A stretch of 64,000 nt of DNA from a virus (Duplodnaviria; Caudoviricetes). Below are positions 1 to 9,246 of the stretch, one piece after another; positions within the stretch are counted from its first letter, which is position 1, and the number at the start of each line of letters is the position of its first letter. The stretch spans positions 1 to 64,000 of IMG/VR virus record IMGVR_UViG_3300007553_000105. One strand, written 5' to 3'. The translations under genes were made by a program, and so were the position numbers. The notes beneath the pieces are model-generated. The model ran no database searches. It was given only the letters and a program-made list of their open reading frames with translations, and had not been told where the DNA came from.

Positions 1-777
1 CTTTGTAGGATCTTTGCCACTAAAAGCACCTCCGCCATGAGGAGCATACCCGCCATAAGTATCCACGATAATTTTACGCCCAGTAACACCAGCATCCCCA
101 TCGGGACCACCAATAACAAAGTTACCAGTAGGGTTAAGATGCCATACAGTTTTATCATCAATAAGGTCTCCCAATACTTCCTTTGCAACATCTTTTGAAA
201 TTTTTCTTGCAGTGTCGCATTTACCTTCTACATGTTGTGTACTGATAACAACTTGATCAATACGCTTTACACGACCGCCTTCATATTCTACACTAACTTG
301 TGATTTAGCATCTGGCAGAAGTGTAACGCCGCGCTGTTGTTTAAGTTCTTTAAGTATTTCGTGGCTGTAGTAAATAGGTGCTGGCATGTATGCGTCATTA
401 TCATTACATGCATAACCAAACATAATACCCTGATCACCTGCGCCAAAGTCGTCTGTACCAAGTGCAATGTCAGCACTCTGGCTATGAATACGATTGACAA
501 TCTCTAGGTTCTTCCAATGGAACCCTTCTTGCTCATAGCCAATTTCACGAACCTTGTTGCGCACGATTTCTTTAACTTCTTCGTTTGACACGTTAAAGTT
601 TTTTACTTCGCCCGCCAATGTTACATAGTTGGTAGTTACAAGTGTTTCGATAGCAACGCGAGTAGTCTCGTCGCCATTCTTCAACCCAGCATCAACAAGT
701 GCATCACTGATCTGGTCTGCAACCTTATCAGGGTGTCCATCGCTAACACTTTCGCTAGTAAAAATATAATTGTTCAT
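1..777 (-). CDS. metK: S-adenosylmethionine synthetase (3' end runs off the window)
   Basis: Absent from the ORF track. Manual translation from ATG at 777 gives [25 protein letters not shown]...GAGDQG...[21 protein letters not shown]...[13 protein letters not shown], all MetK signature motifs. Confidence 0.97.
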   Translation of the reverse strand, partial: MNNYIFTSESVSDGHPDKVADQISDALVDAGLKNGDETTRVAIETLVTTNYVTLAGEVKNFNVSNEEVKEIVRNKVREIGYEQEGFHWKNLEIVNRIHSQSADIALGTDDFGAGDQGIMFGYACNDNDAYMPAPIYYSHEILKELKQQRGVTLLPDAKSQVSVEYEGGRVKRIDQVVISTQHVEGKCDTARKISKDVAKEVLGDLIDDKTVWHLNPTGNFVIGGPDGDAGVTGRKIIVDTYGGYAPHGGGAFSGKDPTK

Positions 778-788
778 AAATGTTCCTT

Positions 789-1268
789 TTAAAGATTAAG
801 TTGCCAGTATGCATAGTTTAGCACACTAGCGAATGATACCCATGCCAAGTATGGCATGAACATAATACTCGCCCAACGGTTAACACGCCAGCTTACTAGA
901 ATGTAAGCAACAATCGTTACCCATAGTGCAGCAATGTAATAAAATGCTACTTCCAAATTCTGTGCGCCACTGAAGATTGGTGTCCAGATTGTGTTAAGTG
1001 CAAGTTGCAATCCCCACAGACTGATAGCAACATTCTGATAGCGCAATGCACCATCAGTCATAATTTTGTATGCACTTGTCGCCATCAGCAAATATAGTGC
1101 AGTCCATACTGGACCAAACAACCAATTTGGTGGTGCAAAACTAGGGTCAACTAGTGTAGCATACCAAGGGTTAGCATCGCCTAGTGGAAACACAAAGCCT
1201 GCACTACTTGCCACCACGGTACACAGATAAAAAATAATCCATGTAGTGATCTTGTTTCTTGTACTCAT
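789..1268 (-). CDS. tspO: TspO/MBR family tryptophan-rich sensory membrane protein
   Basis: [37 protein letters not shown] and [14 protein letters not shown] motifs; about 5 TM helices. Confidence 0.93.
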   Translation of the reverse strand: MSTRNKITTWIIFYLCTVVASSAGFVFPLGDANPWYATLVDPSFAPPNWLFGPVWTALYLLMATSAYKIMTDGALRYQNVAISLWGLQLALNTIWTPIFSGAQNLEVAFYYIAALWVTIVAYILVSWRVNRWASIMFMPYLAWVSFASVLNYAYWQLNL

Positions 1269-1439
1269 TTAATATTCTACCTTCTGTACGATGTCTTCCA
1301 GCTTCCAGGGTTCATCAACTCTGGAACGATGTAGACTATACCGCACATCCATTTTTTGTAGAATACTATCTAGTTTATTCAGTCTTGCAACTGTTTCTTT
1401 TAGTTCTTCTACAATTCGTTCTGTTCTTGCTTCTTTCAT
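1269..1439 (-). CDS. small hypothetical protein (56 aa)
   Basis: Manual translation MKEARTERIVEELKETVARLNKLDSILQKMDVRY...VQKVEY; its TAA directly abuts the tspO ATG. Confidence 0.6.
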   Translation of the reverse strand: MKEARTERIVEELKETVARLNKLDSILQKMDVRYSLHRSRVDEPWKLEDIVQKVEY

Positions 1440-1505
1440 CGCAGTTTCCTTATACGCTCCAGTTGTTCTTCACTCTGGATACCTTTAAAGTATTTGGTTC
1501 GTTTG

Positions 1506-2426
1506 TCAAGTTCCCCAGGCATTTCCGAATAGTGTAATGTGAAGTCTTGGTGTAAATCTCCAGCCTCGCTCCATTGCGAGCTCTGCCACTTGTCTAACGG
1601 TGAGATCATAGCCTTCGCTTCTTCCTCCCATTGGCATAAGGTAGACTGGGCAGTTGAGCCCTGCGCTCTGAAATGCCGCAACAGCTTCGCCAACTTCTTT
1701 GACGTCCACCGCATCAGCGACCACAAACTTAAGATAAATGTCCACACCAGATACACTAGCATAGTCAAGAGCAATTGAAGGCTTAATAGCATCCTGCCAA
1801 GATTCGCCCGATACGGAGAGTTTAGGACTGCAACTGAATGTCGTTTTAAATCTCGCCTTGTTAGCAAGATAGTCTTTGAACTCCGGATGGAGGCGTTGTG
1901 TAGTATTTGTTTCAAAAGTGACATTTTTTAAATCTCTCATTCTTGGATGCTCAAATAATTCAATATACAACCGTTGCCAAGCCAACAGTGGCTCACCGCC
2001 CGTCATAATTAAGTGAATGTCTTGACCATTGTCCTGTGTCCATTTACCCTCAGGTGTTAGGCTAAGCAAATGATCAACTACTTCGTCAACTGTTTTATCC
2101 ATAACTAGATGACGGAATTCGGGATAGATACTGGCATATGTATCACAACCTGTCGCAATAATTGGAAGGTCTTCAAACTTTGTTACACGATCCAGTATGC
2201 CATTATTTAGCAGTGCTTCTACTTCTGGATTGTAATGTGTCTTTTCACGCCCACGTGGCAGTCCAAAGTTCTGACAACGGAAGTTACAACCGAAGGTGCG
2301 CAAGAATACACTTGGCACTCCAACATACTTTCCTTCGCCCTGCAGGCTATAAAATGCTTCGCTATAGCGTAGCTTTGGTTTCTTAGCAACATTTACTGTT
2401 GCAGCTTCTGTCATAACTTCTGTCAT
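1506..2426 (-). CDS. queE: 7-carboxy-7-deazaguanine synthase (radical SAM)
   Basis: EAFYSLQGEGKYVGVPSVFLRTFGCNFRC...GCDT, TGGEPLL, ETN, SPKL and RFTPRLHITLFGN motifs. Confidence 0.92.
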   Translation of the reverse strand: MTEVMTEAATVNVAKKPKLRYSEAFYSLQGEGKYVGVPSVFLRTFGCNFRCQNFGLPRGREKTHYNPEVEALLNNGILDRVTKFEDLPIIATGCDTYASIYPEFRHLVMDKTVDEVVDHLLSLTPEGKWTQDNGQDIHLIMTGGEPLLAWQRLYIELFEHPRMRDLKNVTFETNTTQRLHPEFKDYLANKARFKTTFSCSPKLSVSGESWQDAIKPSIALDYASVSGVDIYLKFVVADAVDVKEVGEAVAAFQSAGLNCPVYLMPMGGRSEGYDLTVRQVAELAMERGWRFTPRLHITLFGNAWGT

Positions 2427-2788
2427 TTAATTAAATTGCTCCATACTTTGAGTTTATCTCGTTTAACTGCTACTCTAGCATTAATATCATCGGTTGTCAA
2501 TACCTTATGTTCAATCAAGAGCTCAAACATGCACATGACATCGCCCACTTCTTCAATCAGTAGATCTCTATATTTGTCGTTCGCAGCGTCAGATAGTTTG
2601 TCGTATTTGCGCATAATTTTCATGCATACTTGTGTTAGTTCGCCAGCTTCTTCTGCTGTAATAGCCATTAGCTGCTGAAACTCATTTAGTGGTGATTCTA
2701 ATTCTCGGTTGCTAACCATTTCTGATTCCCTTAGTTCTTTATTTTTTTCTAACATGTAATCATAATACGATAGATATGGATATGTCAT
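2423..2788 (-). CDS. MazG-like all-alpha NTP pyrophosphohydrolase
   Basis: EEAGEL...EEVGDV acidic motifs. Confidence 0.75.
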   Translation of the reverse strand: MTYPYLSYYDYMLEKNKELRESEMVSNRELESPLNEFQQLMAITAEEAGELTQVCMKIMRKYDKLSDAANDKYRDLLIEEVGDVMCMFELLIEHKVLTTDDINARVAVKRDKLKVWSNLIK

Positions 2789-2979
2789 TCTATGTAATAA
2801 TCCACTACTTTTACAAAGCGTTCGACGCCTTTCTTTGTCCAGCTTTTAGCATACTCTTCTGCTTCAGGCCGTGTATCAAATAGTACAGGTTTCAAATCCC
2901 AACATTTGCCACGTGTGCCTTCTGTGACGTAGATCCAGTCATCCACTGCTAACATAACTTTTACTGCAAATTTAATCAT
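2785..2979 (-). CDS. hypothetical phage protein
   Basis: Coupled ORF; likely start at the MIKFAVK ATG (2979). Confidence 0.6.
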   Translation of the reverse strand: MIKFAVKVMLAVDDWIYVTEGTRGKCWDLKPVLFDTRPEAEEYAKSWTKKGVERFVKVVDYYIE

Positions 2980-3151
2980 CCTTACTCCATTCATGTATTG
3001 TATCATAATCAGCCGCTAGCTTTTGTAGTAGTGCAACCACTGCGTATACTGGTTCCATGTCACCAACATATCCTAGTTCATTGCGAATTGCGTCTTCATC
3101 TTCGCTGTGGTAAGCCCAGCTAACTGCTTGTTTAAACTTATCTGTGTTCAT
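2972..3151 (-). CDS. hypothetical phage protein
   Basis: TAATG overlap with the protease stop codon. Confidence 0.55.
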   Translation of the reverse strand: MNTDKFKQAVSWAYHSEDEDAIRNELGYVGDMEPVYAVVALLQKLAADYDTIHEWSKDD

Positions 3152-5835
3152 TAAAATGTCCATCCAATGTTAACACCAACAGTAGCATTTTCTGCACCAG
3201 CAATGCTCTGGTAGTTATCGTTAAAGTTAGCAAATGTTCCTACAGTAAAGCCGTCAGCAATTGCAACATCGTAAGAGAACCCAATGTCTACCTGACGTGC
3301 AGTGTTTGCAAGGCTTGATGACATCTCAGTGTTTTCAATATCGCCTGCCAGGCTTACGGCAGTTGGCATATCAAATGTTGCGCTGCCTGAGGTAATTGCT
3401 ACTGGCAGTGATGCACTAACACTAAACTTACCTGCACCTACTTGTTGACTAAAGCCAACACGTGCCGCATTGCTAACCAGTGTGCTTGCTGATTTCATCA
3501 TTGCGTTGCTGTTTACATCTAGTGTAGTTACACCAACATTTACACCACCAAACCAAGTAGTTGCGCCCTGAGTGTTTTCAAAGTTAAAGCCAGCGTATAC
3601 AGTAGTTGCCCCGTCGACATCAACAATAGCGCCATCTGCATAGTTGCCCAGGAATGTTTGTGCTTCGCTAACAACACCAAACGCAACCCCGTCTACACGT
3701 GCTTCTACACCAAAGTCACCTGCATCGCTTACACTCAGCACTGCATTTTCAGCGGCAATGTTTACACCAGCAAGTGCAGCATAGCTATTTACCACTGGAG
3801 TACGTGACATGTTCATAGTGTTACCATCAACATAAAAGTCACGATCATATTCATCAACTACCATTAGGCTGCTAATTGCTGCAATGTTTGTACCAGCAAT
3901 GCTCATAGTGCCTGCGGTTGCGATACTGTTGTGGTAGCCGTCAATACGCCCGCCAATAGCAAGTCCAATATCACCCTGCGGACGAGTTGCTTCTGCAAGG
4001 TCCATAATACCCTGACCGTGAATGTTTACATTATAGTTGGGAATATCTTTGTTGGCAGTATCAAGCATCAAGCTAACAAGATTTTCACCAGTCATGTGTG
4101 GCCACATCTGGTGTACTAGTGCAACGCCGCCGCTGATAACAGGCGCAGCCATTGAAGTACCTGAGCTTACTCGATACTCGCCGTTGTTCCAGGTGCTTGC
4201 GCTCCATTGTCCAGGTGCCATCAGATAAAAGTCACTTACACGACGATCTGTATTACAAGTGTTTTGTGACTCATTGTAATCAAAGCAAACTGTTCCTGCG
4301 CGGTTACTGCTGGACGCAATGGCGCCTGTACGCAAATCATAGTTGCCAGCAATAATAACACGACCGTCCATCATCAGTGAACCATCAGCATTTTCAAGAA
4401 CTGCTAGGTGAGACGGGAACCCTGCTACTTTTGCAGCATTGTTGCCAGCAGCAATTACCAGTACTGAATCATTGTCTTGGAATGCATCAACCATGTTGTT
4501 CATTGAATTGTATGAATCAGTGCCAAGATAACGCAACATACTCATAAAGCCTTCAGTGGCGTAAGTGCCGCGAGTGTCTGTACTGCGGAAAACACCTGGC
4601 TCAATTTCAACTAGGCTATTTTTATAGGTTGGGTCCATGTTAACACTTGCACTCAAGTTGATAACGTCTGCACCATTTTCAACAGCCCAACGAATTGCAT
4701 CACCAGTAGCATTAAGATCAACAAAGCCTGCATCATATGCAACTTTACCAATCAGCAAATGTGCATCAGGAGCAACACCAGTTGTGCCAACACCATCAAG
4801 AGCAGCCGCAGCCAAACCTGCTACGTGTGTACCGTGACCATTAAGATCTTCAATGGTTTCATAACCCAGTTCACAGCGGCCAGTAAAGCATTCCATTGCA
4901 TCAATGCGACCCGCAAACTCTGTGTGATCAGTATCAATACCGCTGTCAAGGATAGCAATGACAGAACCTGCGCCAGTCCAACCGCGTGACCAGGCTTCAG
5001 GGGCGCCAACGGCTTCAAGTGTATGCCCGTAAGCAGTCATCTTAGTGTTGATATAATCAATGTTTACACTTGCGTTTGCAGTCCAAACAGCATCACGATA
5101 CGTGTCAGTGTTTGCATAATTTACATCTTCACGTGCTGTATATTCTTCAACAGTAAGTACGTTTGCAGTAGGTGTACCGTAATCGCTTCCAGTATCAGTG
5201 ACTTCAGCGACTGGAATTTCTTTAGCATAGCTACGAACAAATTCACGGGTTACATCAGTGCGTGTTTCAGTGCGATCTGTAGTGTTAAGCAACAGCGGAT
5301 TAACAAGCGGGACACGATCACCGTTGCTGTACAAGGTGTACGTAACTCGTCCACGATATTGACGGTCCGTCACTGGCGTTTCAAACACACGGGTAAGTTC
5401 ACTGTATACATTAACAATAGTATCAGTTGCTTCTTCAACTTCACGAACTGTTTCGCTAGCTAGCGTTTCTGCACCACGCTGACTAATCGTAAACTCACTG
5501 CTCCAGGCAACTTCAGTACCAACAACTGTTGGCGTGTCAGCTTGTGCGTTCAGGTAGTCTTGGTAACGTGCTGCTTCAGCTACATGCCAATTATACTGCT
5601 GAACAATACTTGCTGCCCAACTATAGTGTCCATACTTGTCAACTAGTGTTTTGTAAATAGTGATAGTACGAGTATAGTTGTTGATCATTGACTGCATAAA
5701 CTGTGTTTGCTGTGCAGTGTTTTTAATCGCAAGTGCATAATCATAGTAGCTGCGCGGTGCTGCTTCTGCAGGTGCGGCCGCCATTAACGCAATCGCGCTG
5801 GCAGCCGAAAGTAATGTATTTTTGAGAATGTTCAT
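3151..5835 (-). CDS. secreted S8 subtilisin-family serine protease with putative C-terminal outer-membrane beta-barrel (autotransporter-like)
   Basis: Signal peptide (..AAAPAEA); catalytic ILDSG, HGTHVAG and GTSMAAP motifs, plus AAGN; amphipathic beta-strands ending VGVNIGWTF. Confidence 0.88.
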   Translation of the reverse strand: MNILKNTLLSAASAIALMAAAPAEAAPRSYYDYALAIKNTAQQTQFMQSMINNYTRTITIYKTLVDKYGHYSWAASIVQQYNWHVAEAARYQDYLNAQADTPTVVGTEVAWSSEFTISQRGAETLASETVREVEEATDTIVNVYSELTRVFETPVTDRQYRGRVTYTLYSNGDRVPLVNPLLLNTTDRTETRTDVTREFVRSYAKEIPVAEVTDTGSDYGTPTANVLTVEEYTAREDVNYANTDTYRDAVWTANASVNIDYINTKMTAYGHTLEAVGAPEAWSRGWTGAGSVIAILDSGIDTDHTEFAGRIDAMECFTGRCELGYETIEDLNGHGTHVAGLAAAALDGVGTTGVAPDAHLLIGKVAYDAGFVDLNATGDAIRWAVENGADVINLSASVNMDPTYKNSLVEIEPGVFRSTDTRGTYATEGFMSMLRYLGTDSYNSMNNMVDAFQDNDSVLVIAAGNNAAKVAGFPSHLAVLENADGSLMMDGRVIIAGNYDLRTGAIASSSNRAGTVCFDYNESQNTCNTDRRVSDFYLMAPGQWSASTWNNGEYRVSSGTSMAAPVISGGVALVHQMWPHMTGENLVSLMLDTANKDIPNYNVNIHGQGIMDLAEATRPQGDIGLAIGGRIDGYHNSIATAGTMSIAGTNIAAISSLMVVDEYDRDFYVDGNTMNMSRTPVVNSYAALAGVNIAAENAVLSVSDAGDFGVEARVDGVAFGVVSEAQTFLGNYADGAIVDVDGATTVYAGFNFENTQGATTWFGGVNVGVTTLDVNSNAMMKSASTLVSNAARVGFSQQVGAGKFSVSASLPVAITSGSATFDMPTAVSLAGDIENTEMSSSLANTARQVDIGFSYDVAIADGFTVGTFANFNDNYQSIAGAENATVGVNIGWTF

Positions 5836-5862
5836 CGTGAACTCCGGTGTTGTTACCTTATT

Positions 5863-5891
5863 AATATAGTACTTAATTCAGGTTTTGTCAA
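5863..5891 (-). promoter_or_regulatory. sigma70-type promoter for the S8 protease
   Basis: TTGACA-17 nt-TATATT on the minus strand, followed by a GGAG RBS. Confidence 0.85.
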
Positions 5892-5894
5892 GAG

Positions 5895-6233
5895 TTATTG
5901 GTTAGAACTAAGCCTTTTTAGAAACTTTTTTTGCTCTACTCTGCGGTCAATGTCCATATCAACGTCAAAGTTTCGCCGTTCTACCATCTCAGTGATCATA
6001 TCAGTAAGTGCAGCAATTTGTAGTTGCTGCTCTTGTAATGTTTCCAATAAACTGGTTTCTGATCCTTCTGAACGAAATACAATATCAGTTTCAACATATA
6101 GATCTCCGCCACCCTGGGTGATAACACCATTAGTTACGCTAGAAGTGAACACTAGATCCGACGTGTCGATAAATATATCTCCCATGTCAAGTGTGCTAAT
6201 AGTAAGTGTATCAGTGCTATCAGAAGTTTCCAT
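5895..6233 (-). CDS. hypothetical phage protein
   Basis: Likely start at METSDS (6233), overlapping the PRTase stop; C-terminal coiled-coil-like segment. Confidence 0.6.
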   Translation of the reverse strand: METSDSTDTLTISTLDMGDIFIDTSDLVFTSSVTNGVITQGGGDLYVETDIVFRSEGSETSLLETLQEQQLQIAALTDMITEMVERRNFDVDMDIDRRVEQKKFLKRLSSNQ

Positions 6234-6789
6234 AATCTCGCTCACCTTCCCAAGGGAATACAATCCAGGTTGGAGTTTCAGCTTTGTTGATTTCCATAGC
6301 AGTGTAATCAATATCGTGAAAATTGCTGGCTTGGTTATCTAGCAAACATGCAAAGCGTACACTCTGCCCCCAGATAGTACTCCAATTTGCATTGTCAGGA
6401 AGACATCCGCCTTGCCAGTCTTCCTTGATCCAGTTCATTGTTCTGCCACTGTCATTGATGTCGTCAAAAATTAGGATGTTCTTTTTACGAGCAGGATCGC
6501 TCGTTACGCCTGGCTCAGTACGCTTTTCTGCTGGCACATAGCCATATGCTTCTTCAGCCATCCAGCAGTTTGTTTCAGGACCGTTCAAACCATCTGTGTC
6601 ACGGAATCGTACATCCAGCGTATGCATAGGGATACCAGTCATGTTGCTCATAATAACTGCTGGCACTAGCCCGCCGCGAGTAAGCCCAACAATATAGTCA
6701 GGGCGCCAATTGTCTGCATACATGAGATTATTGATTGCCATAATCATATGCTCGACGTCTTTCCAAGTGTAGTATACTTTTTTAACCAT
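6220..6789 (-). CDS. type I purine phosphoribosyltransferase (Gpt-like)
   Basis: IVGLTRGGLVPA, PRPP loop ILIFDDINDSGRT and WIVFPWE motifs. Confidence 0.9.
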   Translation of the reverse strand: MVKKVYYTWKDVEHMIMAINNLMYADNWRPDYIVGLTRGGLVPAVIMSNMTGIPMHTLDVRFRDTDGLNGPETNCWMAEEAYGYVPAEKRTEPGVTSDPARKKNILIFDDINDSGRTMNWIKEDWQGGCLPDNANWSTIWGQSVRFACLLDNQASNFHDIDYTAMEINKAETPTWIVFPWEGERDYGNF

Positions 6790-7012
6790 TTCTTTTCTCC
6801 AGGATCCAGGTTTTAGAACAATAATAGCAGGTTGCTACTGGGTTGTCAACTATTACTTTAATAGTAAAAATAGGGTGATCGGGGTTATCGCATATGCAAG
6901 TGATGGGTTCACTTACATATACTTTTTCTTTTTGTTTCATTAGATAGTCTTTGGCTACCCAATGTCGTGCTTGTTCTTCAGGTGTTAGATTATATCGTTT
7001 TCTACTGATCAT
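6782..7012 (-). CDS. zf-CHCC-type zinc-finger protein
   Basis: C...DHP...CYYC pattern. Confidence 0.7.
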   Translation of the reverse strand: MISRKRYNLTPEEQARHWVAKDYLMKQKEKVYVSEPITCICDNPDHPIFTIKVIVDNPVATCYYCSKTWILEKRNG

Positions 7013-7803
7013 TTCCAGTTCTCTCTACCAGCTACAATGTTATGTTCATATTTTTTTAATACGTTATCATAGTAGCTGTAATTCTTTGAATAGAATGCCA
7101 TATATGGAACCATGTAATCAATTCCAAGTTCAACCATATACTCTGACATATCAAAACAAATCATTCCTTGTTGGGCAAGTATATTACAGTATTCTAGTTT
7201 TTGTTCTGTTGGCATACTGTATACTGACTCAGTACCATTACCAAATGGTGTTTCACTAATAATAATGCCTGTATCAGTCAAATGTTCTTTCCATACTCGC
7301 ATGAGACCGTTAACTGACCCAATATTGGGGGCCGCATCGTCTACTATAACATCAAAATTTCCACAGAAATTTAATTCTTTTATTTTGTTGACAGATTCTT
7401 CCCCATATGCATCGTAGCCATATATAACTCTAGTGGATTTAGATTTAGTCTTAAACAGAAGTTCTGAATGGTGATATGATTTTATTCTTTTTTCTAAATT
7501 CGAAGTCATTATTTGATTGTTGGTATCAAAATATTCTTTCACTTTATCAGGATGAAAATATTCTATACCATAAATTCTTGCATTTGAAAACTTTTCCCAA
7601 TTTAAATGACTACCGCCGCCGCCAACTCCCAATTCTAAAATTGCCGGAATTATTTCTTTTAAAGTTCTATTGTTATTTAGACATCTGTCTACCGCATCAA
7701 TTATAAACGGTGCAAATCCACGAGATACTCTTCTTCTATTAGAAGACCCAGTGTATATTTCATGTCTATATGATTCTTTATCAAAGTGTACATTATTATT
7801 CAT
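7009..7803 (-). CDS. class I SAM-dependent methyltransferase-like protein
   Basis: ILELGVGGGGSH, IYGIE and FDVIVDDAA motifs. Confidence 0.65.
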   Translation of the reverse strand: MNNNVHFDKESYRHEIYTGSSNRRRVSRGFAPFIIDAVDRCLNNNRTLKEIIPAILELGVGGGGSHLNWEKFSNARIYGIEYFHPDKVKEYFDTNNQIMTSNLEKRIKSYHHSELLFKTKSKSTRVIYGYDAYGEESVNKIKELNFCGNFDVIVDDAAPNIGSVNGLMRVWKEHLTDTGIIISETPFGNGTESVYSMPTEQKLEYCNILAQQGMICFDMSEYMVELGIDYMVPYMAFYSKNYSYYDNVLKKYEHNIVAGRENWK

Positions 7804-8548
7804 GATATTTTATGTTGGCTACCCCCGATACAATTTGAGATCTGTATTTTTCAATGGTGTTCGTTGCCACATCCCAATTAGGCATCCATAGCCCAAAAAA
7901 ATGTGCATCATAATCTTTTTCATAACCTGGCGGAATTAATTTGTCACATTCCAAATCAAACACTACTAGCCCATCTTTTGCAAGTTCATCATAATTTGCA
8001 ATGTGTTCTTCTCGAGTCCTATTCCACCAAGATTCTACACCCATACCATCTGGGACTTCTGTAATAAACGCCCCATGGTCTGCTACGCTGTTTTTCCATA
8101 CGTCTAGACTGTGACGCATACGTGGCCAGTCAGTTGCAGCATCATCATTAATTAAATCATAATGTGTTTTATTTGATAGCTTGGAAAGTTTTTCTGGCGC
8201 AGTGTGATCATACGCACTCTCCCCAAATAATACTTCGATATTTGGAAATTCTTCCATTATCTTCACGGCATTATTGTAGCTTTCAATTTCTCTGCTGTAG
8301 GTAGCTATATCAGTCATGCTAGGATGAAAACGTTCAATGCCGTATATTGCCACATCAGTGCTTGCTTCTGCATATCTTTTGTGACTTCCAGCGCCTGCCA
8401 CTCCAAGTTCAACATAACTTGAAATTAGAGAGACACGCTGAATATCGTCAATCAATGAACAAATAAACGGCATAAACCCGCGAGCCGCGCTGCGTTGAAT
8501 TTTTACTTCGTTAATGTGCAAGTCGTAAAGTTTTTTAGTGTCTATCAT
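7796..8548 (-). CDS. class I SAM-dependent methyltransferase-like protein (paralog of 7009..7803)
   Basis: YVELGVAGAGSH, IYGIERFHP and YDLINDDAA motifs. Confidence 0.65.
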   Translation of the reverse strand: MIDTKKLYDLHINEVKIQRSAARGFMPFICSLIDDIQRVSLISSYVELGVAGAGSHKRYAEASTDVAIYGIERFHPSMTDIATYSREIESYNNAVKIMEEFPNIEVLFGESAYDHTAPEKLSKLSNKTHYDLINDDAATDWPRMRHSLDVWKNSVADHGAFITEVPDGMGVESWWNRTREEHIANYDELAKDGLVVFDLECDKLIPPGYEKDYDAHFFGLWMPNWDVATNTIEKYRSQIVSGVANIKYHE

Positions 8549-9246
8549 CGTGGAGCAAATGCCTGCTGTAGTTTAATGTTGTCCATAAACTCTTGCTTAA
8601 CGTGTGAATTGTCTTTGAAGCTACCGCGTAAAACTGTAGTTTGTGTTAGTGAACTGTGCGCCATAATGCCACGATTTTCACAACAGCCGTGCGTTGCTTG
8701 AATGTAAACACCCACATCATTAGATCCAGTTGCTTTCATAATTTCACGTGCAATGTCCATTGCAAGTTCTTCTTGCAGCGTACCGCGTCTTGCACACCAT
8801 TGTGCAATACGTGTATACTTAGATAGACCAATGAGTTTATCTGCTGCAATGATCCCAATATACGCAACACCTTTAACAGGTTGATGATGATGTGAGCATA
8901 CACTTGTTAGTTCACTGCGAACTACTAGCATACCCTCATATTTTTCGTTTGTAACGTTATCTGGTTCGTTTGGAAATGCCGTAGCTGGTGGTGCAGGATC
9001 ATATCGGCCTGCCATCAATTCGTTAATATACATTTTCGCCAAACGGCGTCCTGTATCCATGCTGTTGGGATCAGTGTGTCTATCAATCACAAGCCCATCA
9101 AGAACTGCTTCAAACTTTTCAGTAAGTTCATCAATAAGTTTTTCATGCTCTTCTGGCATAATAAAGTTAGCGATGTTGTCGCCTGCCCAATAACGGACAC
9201 CTGCATCTTCTAGACGCTTTTTAATAATTTCGGAAGTTTTTCTCAT
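8545..9246 (-). CDS. folE: GTP cyclohydrolase I
   Basis: SVCSHHHQP, IGLSKYTRI, LQEEL and ATHGCCENRG motifs. Confidence 0.95.
   Translation of the reverse strand: MRKTSEIIKKRLEDAGVRYWAGDNIANFIMPEEHEKLIDELTEKFEAVLDGLVIDRHTDPNSMDTGRRLAKMYINELMAGRYDPAPPATAFPNEPDNVTNEKYEGMLVVRSELTSVCSHHHQPVKGVAYIGIIAADKLIGLSKYTRIAQWCARRGTLQEELAMDIAREIMKATGSNDVGVYIQATHGCCENRGIMAHSSLTQTTVLRGSFKDNSHVKQEFMDNIKLQQAFAPR

Noticed and set aside
1436-1924. 162-aa ORF overlapping queE
   Set aside because: Alternate frame of queE; at most the last ~28 codons (MPGELDK...) could be a real micro-ORF.
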